Virus record (IMG/VR): IMGVR_UViG_3300037515_000929
Span: 1 to 42,454 of that record
Source: a virus
Taxonomy: Duplodnaviria; Caudoviricetes
Direction: 5' to 3' (one strand)
DNA: 42,454 nucleotides
The notes under the pieces were generated by a model. It saw only the letters and a program-made list of their open reading frames with translations, was not told where the DNA came from and did no database searches. A program made the translations under genes and the position numbers. Positions 17,801 through 26,163 of this stretch are shown here, one piece after another. Position 1 is the first letter of the stretch, and each line of letters opens with the position of its first letter.

Positions 17801-19021
17801 GTCCGCGAGGCGGGCGAGGCGTTCGACGAGGTCTTCGGGATGCTGCTGCCGGAGGCGCTCGACGACGCCACCGGCCTGGCGAGCGCGTCGTTCCTCGAGC
17901 TGATCGAGCTGAACGAGCGCTTCGGCACGGAGTCCGCCGCCGTCGCCGACTTCGTCAAGGGCCAGCTCCAGAACACCCTCGGTGGGCTCAAGGCGTTCCT
18001 GGACAACGCCATCGTCTCCACCGAGGCGGGCGCCGCAGGTCTCTCGGGCGCGATCGTCGCCGCATTCGACGAGTTGCTCGCCCAGGGCGTCCCCGCCGCC
18101 GAGGCGGTCGAGCGCATCGGCCCCCTGGTCGACCAGCTCCGCCAGCAGCTCATCGACGCGGGCCTCGAGGGCTCCGCGGCGTTCGCCGCGCTCGAGGCCC
18201 AGGTCGCCGTCTACAGCCACGAGATCCAGGGCCCGGCGATCGAGGCTGTCCTCGGCCTCGGCCGGGCGATGGTCGGCCTGCACAACATGGGGCTGCTGAA
18301 CCAGGAGACGTTCGCCGGTCTGGCGGCCGAGGCCGGCGCCACGTTCGCCGCCCTCCAGGAGCAGGGCCTGGCGACCCCGGAGGCGCTCGGAGCGATGCAG
18401 CCGACGCTGCAGCAGATCTGGCAGCTCCAGCGGGACTTCGGGTACGAGGTGGACGAGTCGACCCAGGCGCTCCTCGACGAGGCCGAGGCCGCCGGGCTCG
18501 TCGGCGACGCGCAGCGCGACGCGCAGGACCGCGCCGCCGAAGCGATGGAGAGGACCGCCGAGATCCTCGAGGCGCTCGCCGTGCACATGGGCGTCACCCT
18601 CCCCGACAGTGCCCGCCGCGGCGCTCGCGGGATCGAGGACGCCTTCCGCGGGATCCATCTCGAGCCGATCGACGTGCGCTACAACGACCCGGGCCCCCGG
18701 GGCGGCGGCGGGGGCCACGGGAACCCCGACGTCGAGGGCCGCAACTTCGCGATCGGCGGCGCCGACGACTTCGGCGCGGGCCAGGCGCATACGCTACACG
18801 GCCCGGAGGTGATCGCCCCCGCCGACCGCGAGAGCGCGATCGTGGACCAGCTCGCGGCCCGCATCAGCTCCAAGATGGGTGACGCCGGCGCCGGCGCCGG
18901 GAGCGAGCACCGCTTCGAGGTCGGCCTGCCCATGCTGAACGCCTTCTTCGAGGTCCTCTTCTCCGCCTCCCAGACCGGCCAGCTCCGGATCCACCGGGCC
19001 GCGGTGGTCGAGGGGAGCTGA
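14819..19021 (+). CDS. Tape measure protein, TP901-type N-terminus (1400 aa)
   Basis: AKELGRTTQFTATQAADGMGFLAMAG, GIQASMAGTSLR; Ala/Gly-rich with hydrophobic central segments. Confidence 0.96.
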   Translation: MSNILVGAMRAELSGASASFEAALSRSAATVDRTAKRIERSGRRLNALGQGIQAVGMSLTLGLTVPLTAMGVHAAKTFGDFEQGMNRVRALSGATGDSFAALENQAKELGRTTQFTATQAADGMGFLAMAGFKANEILRTMPGVLQLAASAQLDVARAADITSNVLSGYGMAVEEVGRSNDVLTKAFTSANTDLEQLGQAFKFAGPVAKAAGVEFEETAAVLALMGKAGIQASMAGTSLRNAISRLLNPTKQVQEELDRLGVTAKDSHGRLLPLDQIIQQLEPHAADAGAMMKIFGQRAGPALVRLVAEGSAAVSDLTQKLRDSGGTAETVAAIQMEGLKGSFIAMSSAAEGMAVEVGAVLAPALTLVANGFRTAAKFAAEDLVPAFRELPQAGQIAAGGLLAVAAAAGPLAVATGMVISGVGQTVVVLGQLGVISRVTSAWTAASAAMFAAGNTSAALSLRLAFLAGQTAAAAVGTKLYTAATGLLVVAKGALVGALTAVSARLGVTTVATATAAAGTKVLTVAVGGLTVAARGLAVTMGFLGKAVAVVAVAYGSWKIGRWIGEVTGLEDALSGLIARMMGASEEAIAFEREHNRAKRAAENAGEAVDQEAAALAALKEQLGNASASVEQLDQAMEELAAAGELDAVAMRRVGQQAKVLADEGVQLTAGLQNVVDWYERTQAAGDELGGSTDELGKKVQTLAERFKSLVSQSNTAQLRAEWERTTLAMREFDEARDELDSGHAGLFGPEAVPQIEAIGAGLRTSQLELAEWGHRALEGGAALEPVLEQLKAMGADQELLNFLTEKYGGVAGEAAQQTESWSQIVQDLANTVGAMGGRWGNLLGTITGGIAGIGSAVDRINLGADRGGGLGGILGGFFGGGGGGLSGILKNLNAGMQIASVAFGVGKALHGLFTSSPVERAAEDAGKALGVTVSDALAEQIAEDAERLGDGVAAALVNLPDAIEEAGGVAEFGFDQAVSSARDLFSQIETGKLSVREAGEAFDEVFGMLLPEALDDATGLASASFLELIELNERFGTESAAVADFVKGQLQNTLGGLKAFLDNAIVSTEAGAAGLSGAIVAAFDELLAQGVPAAEAVERIGPLVDQLRQQLIDAGLEGSAAFAALEAQVAVYSHEIQGPAIEAVLGLGRAMVGLHNMGLLNQETFAGLAAEAGATFAALQEQGLATPEALGAMQPTLQQIWQLQRDFGYEVDESTQALLDEAEAAGLVGDAQRDAQDRAAEAMERTAEILEALAVHMGVTLPDSARRGARGIEDAFRGIHLEPIDVRYNDPGPRGGGGGHGNPDVEGRNFAIGGADDFGAGQAHTLHGPEVIAPADRESAIVDQLAARISSKMGDAGAGAGSEHRFEVGLPMLNAFFEVLFSASQTGQLRIHRAAVVEGS

Positions 19022-20103
19022 TGGGCCGCTACGCCTACCAGAACGTCCTCGACGCCTCGGGCGTGATCGCCACCCCCTCCGCCGTGCAAGCGGGCTTCCC
19101 GCTCCGCCGGCTCCTCGACTCCATGCCCTCGCTGGAGTGGCGGACCCCGGTGGGGTGGACGATCGGGCGCTTCAACGACCGTCTCGACTTCGAGCGGGCG
19201 AGCGTCCCCTACGCCGCCGTGCTCACCCACGGCACGTACGCCACCCCGGCGGAGATCGCGGACCACGTCGAGGCCCGGATGAACGCCGAGGACGCCAACA
19301 GCTACAACATCGTTCCGAACACCTCCTCGGGGCAGAGCCGGTTCCCGATCGTCGGGTCCGCCGCCTTCGAGCTCCGCTTCGCCACGGGCGCCAACAAAGC
19401 GCGCTCGATCGCCCTCGACCTGGGCCACTCCGAGGTCGACAAGACCGGAGCCAACAACTACGCGTCGAACACCGACGCCTACCACTCGCGGGCCTGGGTC
19501 GTCTTCGACCTCCTCTCCGCAGTGTCGCTCGCCTCGGCCTTCCTCGCCGCGCACAACCTCTCCGCCGGCGGGGTCGTGCGCCTCCAGGGGAACGCCACCG
19601 ACGCCTGGACCGCTCCGACCCTCGACCAGGTCCTGGCCGTCGCCGGCGACAAGCGTCTGGCCTACTTCGCGGCCGTCGCTCACCGCTACCTCCGCCTGGT
19701 CGTCGACGACCGCGCGAACGCCGACGCATTCACGTCCGTCGGGATCCTCCGCGCCGGGCCCTACCTGGAGCCCGCCCGCGCCCAGAGCTACGGCGAGCCG
19801 CAGGGCCGGATCGGGCCGACCGAGCTGGTCCGGGCCGTGCAGGGCGCGGGGTACCAGGTGCGGCGCCAGCAGGGCGGGCGCTGGTCGATCCTCCAGGAGA
19901 CCCTGGACGAGGCCGAGCGGGACGCCTTCGAGGCGCTGGGCGACGCGGTCCGTCTCGGGGGCGTCCTCATGTGGACCCGGACGCTAGCGGACCTTGCCGA
20001 CACCCACTACGTGCGGCTCCTCAACCACGTGATGCCGGAGCGCCGCCCGGATGCGCCGGACCTCTGGCGCGTCGCGCTCGAGCTCGAGGAGGTCCTCGGG
20101 TGA
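19021..20103 (+). CDS. Tail tip protein (distal-tail position)
   Basis: TGATG coupling after TMP; LQGNATDAW, RYLRLVV. Confidence 0.7.
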   Translation: MGRYAYQNVLDASGVIATPSAVQAGFPLRRLLDSMPSLEWRTPVGWTIGRFNDRLDFERASVPYAAVLTHGTYATPAEIADHVEARMNAEDANSYNIVPNTSSGQSRFPIVGSAAFELRFATGANKARSIALDLGHSEVDKTGANNYASNTDAYHSRAWVVFDLLSAVSLASAFLAAHNLSAGGVVRLQGNATDAWTAPTLDQVLAVAGDKRLAYFAAVAHRYLRLVVDDRANADAFTSVGILRAGPYLEPARAQSYGEPQGRIGPTELVRAVQGAGYQVRRQQGGRWSILQETLDEAERDAFEALGDAVRLGGVLMWTRTLADLADTHYVRLLNHVMPERRPDAPDLWRVALELEEVLG

Positions 20104-23100
20104 CGTCGCCGCTCGTGATCCCCGGCCGGCCCGGCATGGTCTCAGGCCTGCGGCCGCTGACGGAGCTGCGCGAGGAGACCGACGCCGCGATCGAGAGGCT
20201 CGTCGAGCTGCGGCTGGGCCGGCTGGTCACCGGGCGGTGGTCGCAGCACTCGGGCCCGGTGTGGACCGCGCCGTTCGCGGAGTACTTCGAGGGGGAGGAG
20301 CTCCACCCGGTGGCGGTGCGGACCCTGCGTGACGCCGGTCTCGAGCGTGTGGAGTCGCTGGCGGAGTGCAGCGCCGAACCGGGCACGTTCTTCCTGTCCA
20401 ACGTCCCCGACGCCGGCCACCGCTGGGGGGATGGCGTTACGCGTTGGGGCTCGCACTACCTCGGGCTGCCGACGGCGCTCCACGAGTTCGAGGGGAACGG
20501 CCTGGACGCCACCGGCGTCCACCACCTGACCCCGTCGGGTAGCCCGGCCTTCGTCACGGGGCTGCAAGGTCAGGCGGTGCACCTCGACCGCGGTCCCTAC
20601 TACTCGCTCCCCGCGGCCGCGGCGACGGCGTTCAACCCCGGCTCGGGCGACTGGACGGTCGCCGTCAAGACCCAGCTCCTGGAGGTCGGTTTCGGCGTGA
20701 TCGCCTCGCACGGAGGCCTTGCCTCCCCGGCCCTGCCGGGCTGGCAGCTCCGGTTCGTCAATACTAGCGGCGGGAATCACCGCGTAGCCCTGACCATCGT
20801 CAAGCCGGACCTCTCGCAGATCGAGCTGACGTCCTTCAGTGCCTTGATTACGGTCGACGGCGAATGGCACGACATCGTCTTCGTCGCCGACAAGCTGGGA
20901 GCGGACACGGGCTACCTCTGGATCGACGGCGTCGTGAGAGATACGAAGGACCTCTCGAGCTACTCGACGATCGTCGCGGACACGGACTTCTACGTGGGTC
21001 GCAACGAGAACGGCGGCTTCTGGGCCGGGTACATCGACCAGCTCGGATGGTGGAAGGAGCAGGCGTGGACCGAGGACCAGGTAGTCCGCTACCGCTTCGC
21101 CCCCGTGGGCTCGCCTCCGGTCGGGCTCGTCATCGACGCGACCGGCACGCGGCCCCGCTGGGGCGCCTTCCCCCGCCTCTACGTCCACCTCGCCGACGCG
21201 ACCTCGCCTGCACGGACCTCGGTGCTCGCCCAGGTCTCCGTCTGGCTCGGAGAGCGCGGCCAGGCGGTGCCGCAGCTTGGCCGCGAGAAGCTCACCGACG
21301 GCGGCTTCGATGAGTGGGACAGCAGCTCCGAGCTCACGCACTGGCCCGAGACCATGCCGTCGGGGTTCGCGCTCAGCCAGGAGACGGAGCTCGTCCGCAG
21401 CGGCTCCTTCGCCGCGAGGATCGACTGGGACGGCACCGTCGGCGTCAGCCTGATCGCCCAGGTGCAGACCGCCGTGATCGGAGCGTGGTACCGCGTCTCG
21501 GGAGAGTACCTGACAGGCCCGGAGAACGCCGCGGCCGACCCGATCCGGATCGGGGTTGGCAACGGCACGGACGGCTGGCTCCTCGCCGCCGGGCGATCGC
21601 CCGGCGGCGAAGGGGTCGACCTCCAGCGCACGGGGGGAGAGTGGCGCCGGTTCTACTTCGACGTCCTCGCCCACACCGCGGCGCCGCTCGTGCGGATCCT
21701 CGCGCGCTGCGCCTCGGGGGCGCCCGGGTTCCTCATCGTCGACCGGGTCTCCTTCCGCCCGATCTACTCCTGGCGCCAGGCGCAGGGGCGGCTGCAGGCC
21801 GGCTCTGCCCCCAGCGCCGAGGTCGGCACGAACGACTCGATCTTCGGCTCCGACCGCTCGGGCCGGGGGGAGATCGTGGCCGCAAACGGCGACGGCTGGC
21901 TGCAGCGGCTCCTCGGCTCGTTCCACGCGTCGGGGCAGCCCGCCACCTTCTACGAGGGCGGCCGCTTCCGGAACGGGCAGCCGGTCCCGGCGGACGACTG
22001 GCGCCCCATCTTCACCGGCCGCACCGAGAAGCCCGTCGTCACCGACACCGCGGTCCGGATCGCGCTCAGGGACATCCGCGGCGAGCTGCACCGGCTCATC
22101 CCCCCGCGCGTTTACACGCGCCTCGACCATCCCAGGCTCGTGGACTCGGCGGACGGGGCGCGTCGCCCGATCTTCTTCGGGCCCGCAACCGGAATCAGCC
22201 CCGTCCGCATCGACCACACGGACGACGGGCTCGGGATCTACGAGATCGCCGACACCGGGTGGGACCTGCAGGCGCCGATCGCCCCTGCCGGGCTCAAGGC
22301 CGTCGACGCCGTCTACGCCTACACCTCGACCGACGCCGCGGACCGCCACGACGCGACCCAGCGCGCGACCCTCGCCGCCGGCGTCGACTACTCCGTGGAC
22401 CTGGCCAAGGGCACCCTCACCGTGCTGAGCCACGTGAGCCCTGTGATCTTCCCCGACGACCGCTTCCTGGACTTCGACGTCGGCGGGTCGATGCTCAGCG
22501 CCGTCGTCGCCGCCGGCACCTACGCCTCGGCCGAGGCGCTCGCCGCGGCGCTCCAGGCGGCGATCCGCACGGCGATCGGAGGCGGGGACGTGACCGGCCT
22601 GGCCGAGTTCGACCTCGAACTCGGCGCCTACCGCGTGGGGCGGTCGTCAGGCACGTTCAACCTCCGCTCCGAGTCCGGGCCCAACCGCGACCTCGGGCTC
22701 TACGAGACGATCGGGATCGCCGCCTCCGCGGACCAGACCGGCATGTCGTCGTATCTCGGGAGCCAGGTCCTGGTGGACGTCGACGACGTGCACGTGATCC
22801 GCGTCGACGCCCAGGGCTACCAGGACGACGCGAGTGGCACCTACACCGGAAGCGCCTCCGGCCTCGTGACCCTCGGAGCCGACGTCGTCCGGCTGCTCTG
22901 GCATCGTCTCCTGCAGCGGCCGCTGTCGTCGATCGACGAGCCCTCGTTCGCCGCGGCCCGGACCCTGCGGCCGGCGCCGCGCGGCCGCTACCAGCGCACC
23001 GCGATCTCCACCGGCGACGTCTTCCAGCGCCTGCGGCTGTCGACCCTCTCCGACCTGGTCATCGACGGCGCCGGCGTGATCCACTACGTCCCCTACACCT

Positions 23101-23564
23101 CGACGGTGCCGAGCGGCGCCGAGGTCCTGGAGGACCGCGACTACCTCTCCTGGTCGATGGCGCGGCCGCTGCGGGACGTCTTTTCCGAGATCGTCATCGA
23201 GTTCGGCGAGGACCCGGCCACGGGTGCGGTGGCCACCCGACGGTGGCTGTCCCCGGAGGTGGCCCTCACGGCAGGCCGACCGGACGGACACGCCGAGCGG
23301 GTCTACCTGACGGTCGGCAACGACGCGCAGGCGCTCGCGCGGGACCTGGCGATGATCTCGGCCGCGCAGCCCCGCGAGGTCGTGTGCTCGCTGAAGGCCC
23401 GACTCCGCGATGCCCGGCCTGGTGACATCGTCCGCCTGACCCGGCTCGAGGGCGCCCTCGACGCGACCGGACAGCTCGTCCTGGTGCCGTTCAGGATCGC
23501 GTCGGTCGTGGCTGCGGAGCGGGTCCAGCTTCGCCTGGTGGAGCTGGTAGAGATCGGGAGCTGA
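20100..23564 (+). CDS. Large tail hub / host-specificity protein with LamG-like and CBM-like inserts
   Basis: GTGA overlap; LHEFEGNGLDATG, GDWTVAV, DGEWHDIV, LWIDG, GYIDQL (LamG-like); KLTDGGFDEW (CBM-like); PGDIVRL near C-terminus. Confidence 0.8.
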   Translation: MTSPLVIPGRPGMVSGLRPLTELREETDAAIERLVELRLGRLVTGRWSQHSGPVWTAPFAEYFEGEELHPVAVRTLRDAGLERVESLAECSAEPGTFFLSNVPDAGHRWGDGVTRWGSHYLGLPTALHEFEGNGLDATGVHHLTPSGSPAFVTGLQGQAVHLDRGPYYSLPAAAATAFNPGSGDWTVAVKTQLLEVGFGVIASHGGLASPALPGWQLRFVNTSGGNHRVALTIVKPDLSQIELTSFSALITVDGEWHDIVFVADKLGADTGYLWIDGVVRDTKDLSSYSTIVADTDFYVGRNENGGFWAGYIDQLGWWKEQAWTEDQVVRYRFAPVGSPPVGLVIDATGTRPRWGAFPRLYVHLADATSPARTSVLAQVSVWLGERGQAVPQLGREKLTDGGFDEWDSSSELTHWPETMPSGFALSQETELVRSGSFAARIDWDGTVGVSLIAQVQTAVIGAWYRVSGEYLTGPENAAADPIRIGVGNGTDGWLLAAGRSPGGEGVDLQRTGGEWRRFYFDVLAHTAAPLVRILARCASGAPGFLIVDRVSFRPIYSWRQAQGRLQAGSAPSAEVGTNDSIFGSDRSGRGEIVAANGDGWLQRLLGSFHASGQPATFYEGGRFRNGQPVPADDWRPIFTGRTEKPVVTDTAVRIALRDIRGELHRLIPPRVYTRLDHPRLVDSADGARRPIFFGPATGISPVRIDHTDDGLGIYEIADTGWDLQAPIAPAGLKAVDAVYAYTSTDAADRHDATQRATLAAGVDYSVDLAKGTLTVLSHVSPVIFPDDRFLDFDVGGSMLSAVVAAGTYASAEALAAALQAAIRTAIGGGDVTGLAEFDLELGAYRVGRSSGTFNLRSESGPNRDLGLYETIGIAASADQTGMSSYLGSQVLVDVDDVHVIRVDAQGYQDDASGTYTGSASGLVTLGADVVRLLWHRLLQRPLSSIDEPSFAAARTLRPAPRGRYQRTAISTGDVFQRLRLSTLSDLVIDGAGVIHYVPYTSTVPSGAEVLEDRDYLSWSMARPLRDVFSEIVIEFGEDPATGAVATRRWLSPEVALTAGRPDGHAERVYLTVGNDAQALARDLAMISAAQPREVVCSLKARLRDARPGDIVRLTRLEGALDATGQLVLVPFRIASVVAAERVQLRLVELVEIGS

Positions 23565-23566
23565 GC

Positions 23567-24607
23567 ATGGTCACGAGGAAGAGCAGCGTCTGGACGGAGG
23601 GCTACCCGCCGACCACGAGCCCGGCGGAGCCGCTCGACGAGGGCCCGATCAGGGACATCCACGACTCCATCCCGATCTCGCTCCTGGGCCAGAACTGGCT
23701 CCCGCCCCCGCACTTGTGGAGCGACGGCGCCTCGGCGGCGCCGGACTACTACCTCCCGCTCGGCACCGGCGTGGCGATCGCGCGCGAGACCACGATCGTG
23801 AAGATGCCCGGTTTCGGCGGGATCCAGTCGAGCGCGAAGGTCACGGCGGGCGGCGGTGACAACGGCTCGCTGCGGCACCGCTTCATCCAGCCGGGGAGCT
23901 TCGGCCGCTTCCACTTCCTGCGGGGCATGGACTTCAGCGTCGCCGTGTGGGTGAAGACGAGCGAGGTGGGGACCGTCCTGCTCATCGTCGACGACGGGGA
24001 CGTCCTCACGACCAGCACGGCCCACACGGGCTCTGGCACCGGCGGAGTCGACGGGGACGGCTGGGAGCTGCTACAGGTGACGCATCCGATCAGCGCAGCC
24101 GCCGATCGGCTCGAGTGCCGCGTCCGTGGCCCGGCCAGCTCGGTCTTCTACGTCGACGCCGGGATGGCCTGTCCCGGGCCGATCCGCCCCGCCGCCTGGC
24201 AGCCCTGCCCGACGATCGTCGCCCGTCTCCCCTGGGTCTACGCTGGAGGCCTGGCGGCCGGGAACGGCGCGCTCGACGTCCAGCACACCCTCGACCGTCC
24301 CGGACTCGCGGTGGCCTGGTACCTGCGGGCGAAGACGGGGCCCTCGGGTGCCGACTTCGAGGCGCAGTTCCGCAAGGGTGGCGCCACGGACCTCTTCAGC
24401 ACGGCCCCCACGATCGCGGACGGCCAGACGGTGGGGGAGGCGGGCGGGGTCTCCGGGGACTACCTGGCCCGCTGCCTCGGACGTCGCCAGTACGTCGAGC
24501 TCGACGTCGACACCGTCTCCGGCGTGGAAGGCCTGAACGCGCAGCTCGTCGTGATCCACCCCTGGCGTCCGCACGAGCACCTCCTCGACTTCGACGAGAT
24601 CGACTGA
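23567..24607 (+). CDS. Tail-associated protein, CBM-like
   Basis: FSVAVWVKT, HTGSG...WELLQVT, FYVD; tail module. Confidence 0.65.
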   Translation: MVTRKSSVWTEGYPPTTSPAEPLDEGPIRDIHDSIPISLLGQNWLPPPHLWSDGASAAPDYYLPLGTGVAIARETTIVKMPGFGGIQSSAKVTAGGGDNGSLRHRFIQPGSFGRFHFLRGMDFSVAVWVKTSEVGTVLLIVDDGDVLTTSTAHTGSGTGGVDGDGWELLQVTHPISAAADRLECRVRGPASSVFYVDAGMACPGPIRPAAWQPCPTIVARLPWVYAGGLAAGNGALDVQHTLDRPGLAVAWYLRAKTGPSGADFEAQFRKGGATDLFSTAPTIADGQTVGEAGGVSGDYLARCLGRRQYVELDVDTVSGVEGLNAQLVVIHPWRPHEHLLDFDEID

Positions 24608-25398
24608 TGCCCTTCGTCGCGACCCTCTTCCCGAACGCGAACAAGGACGACGGCACCGGCGGAGGGAACTGGGGTACCCAGGGCTCGTCGATCGGCGGCG
24701 GCGCCGCCTGGGAGCAGGTGAAGAGCGTCGACGGGGGCTACTGGGCGCGCGACGACGCCGGGAGCGAGTCGAGCTTCGCGACAGCCACTTTCTACCTCGA
24801 CGCCCTACCGGTGTTCGCGCGCCGCATCACGGGCGACCCTGCGGCGCCGCCGGTGAAGGTGCGCGGGTGGTGGCTCGAGACGTCGCCGGCGACGGATGTC
24901 GAGGCCACGCACGGGATCGGCTACAGCGCCGCGACCACCATACAGACGCCTTTTGCCGTGCCGGGCACGCCGGCCTCGGAGTTCTCCGCGTTTTCGGTCG
25001 CGGAGAACCCCGACGGCCCGCGGCCCTGGGTCGTGGAGGACTTCAAGGGGACCAGCTCGGACGCCTACGCGATCATCGAGGCCGAGCGTCCGGCGTCCGA
25101 CTACATCGGCTGCGACCGCGTGACGGTCGAGGTCCGCTTCGAGCGCGACCCCCAGGCGGGTATCTACGACCTGGTCGGGCCCTACCTTCCCCTGCCCCTC
25201 GCCGCGCTCCTCGGCGGCCTGGCCCACGCCCGCGTCGACCTGCGCGCCCTCGCCGGCGCCGTCTACCGGCTCTCGGGGCGTCGGCTCTGGTGGGACGTCG
25301 CCGAGGACCTGGAGCTCGAGCGGGAGCTGCGGTCGCTCCGGTGGCCCAGGGTGGTCGACCTCGGGTCGCGGCCGCGGCCGCGGCCGCTCCGCGCCTAG
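24607..25398 (+). CDS. Tail-associated hypothetical protein
   Basis: TGATG coupling; beta-rich N-terminal part; last late gene. Confidence 0.65.
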   Translation: MPFVATLFPNANKDDGTGGGNWGTQGSSIGGGAAWEQVKSVDGGYWARDDAGSESSFATATFYLDALPVFARRITGDPAAPPVKVRGWWLETSPATDVEATHGIGYSAATTIQTPFAVPGTPASEFSAFSVAENPDGPRPWVVEDFKGTSSDAYAIIEAERPASDYIGCDRVTVEVRFERDPQAGIYDLVGPYLPLPLAALLGGLAHARVDLRALAGAVYRLSGRRLWWDVAEDLELERELRSLRWPRVVDLGSRPRPRPLRA

Positions 25399-25838
25399 CG
25401 CGACAGCCTGAGCGCGTTGTTCGTCGCGTCCGCGACGGCGAGGACCGCGACAGCGACGGCGAGGATCCGCCCCCAGCGCCTGGTGCCGGCGTCGTCGCTC
25501 TTGATCATGCTGTCGAGCCCCCAGAGGGCGGCGCCGTAGAGCGCGGGCTTGGCCGCCCAGCGCGCGGCGCGGGAGCGCATCAGGGGGTTGCCCTCGGCGA
25601 GGCCCGGCCTGGCGAGAGCGACCTCCGTCAGGACGCTCGCCGTCGCGCCGCCGGCGATGGTCACGCCCCGGGTCCAGGAGGCGAAGGCCTGCGCCTCGTC
25701 GAGCTGGTCCGCCGTGATGATGCGGGCGATCGCCACGTCGGCGCGATCGGGCGGAGCAGGTGGCCCGGCCAGCTCGAGCGGAGCGGCCGGAGGGGAGAGA
25801 ACGGCCAGGACGACGGCCACGGCAGCGAGCTCGACCAC
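25395..25838 (-). CDS. Membrane protein with EGNPL motif (DUF5658-like)
   Basis: GTG start with GGAGG RBS; hydrophobic N-terminus; GLAEGNPLM; further TM helices. Confidence 0.7.
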   Translation of the reverse strand: MVELAAVAVVLAVLSPPAAPLELAGPPAPPDRADVAIARIITADQLDEAQAFASWTRGVTIAGGATASVLTEVALARPGLAEGNPLMRSRAARWAAKPALYGAALWGLDSMIKSDDAGTRRWGRILAVAVAVLAVADATNNALRLSR

Positions 25839-25860
25839 GGGTGCCTCCCGTGGTCGCTGA

Positions 25861-26085
25861 ACCGTCCCAGAGACCGTCCCGGAGCAACGTAAGCGACTGA
25901 GCCAGCTCTAAACGTCCCGGATTTTGAGTCCGGCGCGTCTGCCAGTTCCGCCACTCCGGCTGAGTGGTTTCAGCGACCTACAGCGATTTGGCCTCGGGCT
26001 AAACGCCCTAAACCAGGGTTATCCGTCTGAGAACCGTCCCAAGAACCGTCCCAAAGCACCGCTCGGGACCGCCCAGGACCGCCCA
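25861..26085. mobile_element. attP site
   Basis: Arm-type repeats ACCGTCCC at 25861, 25873, 26033, 26045; tandem GGACCGCCCA at 26066-26085; tRNA-derived core between them; next to the integrase 3' end. Confidence 0.85.
25917..25960 (-). tRNA. 5' half of tRNA-Leu(CAA), att core, not a full tRNA
   Basis: Minus strand GCCGGAG TG GCGGAACTGGCAGACGC G CCGGA CTCAAAA TCCGG: acceptor 5' strand, D arm and anticodon arm; no T arm follows. Confidence 0.9.
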
Positions 26086-26163
26086 CCAACCTACTACGGC
26101 TCGCCCGGACCGATGCCCAGGCCGGGGCCCGATCGTCGCTCCTGCGCCCCCTGATGCGGTCGG

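Noticed and set aside
19137-20099. N-terminal 321 aa of the 1475-aa ORF
   Set aside because: Arg/Pro-rich off-frame overlap of 19021-20103; the real start is the coupled GTG at 20100. The same applies to the upstream parts of 686, 927, 4672, 6077, 23947, 29827 and 41767.
25870-25960. Complete tRNA-Leu gene (a CTCCGG able to pair with the acceptor lies 32 nt after the anticodon stem)
   Set aside because: No T-arm stem, TTC loop or CCA; the match overlaps an arm repeat and is treated as coincidence.
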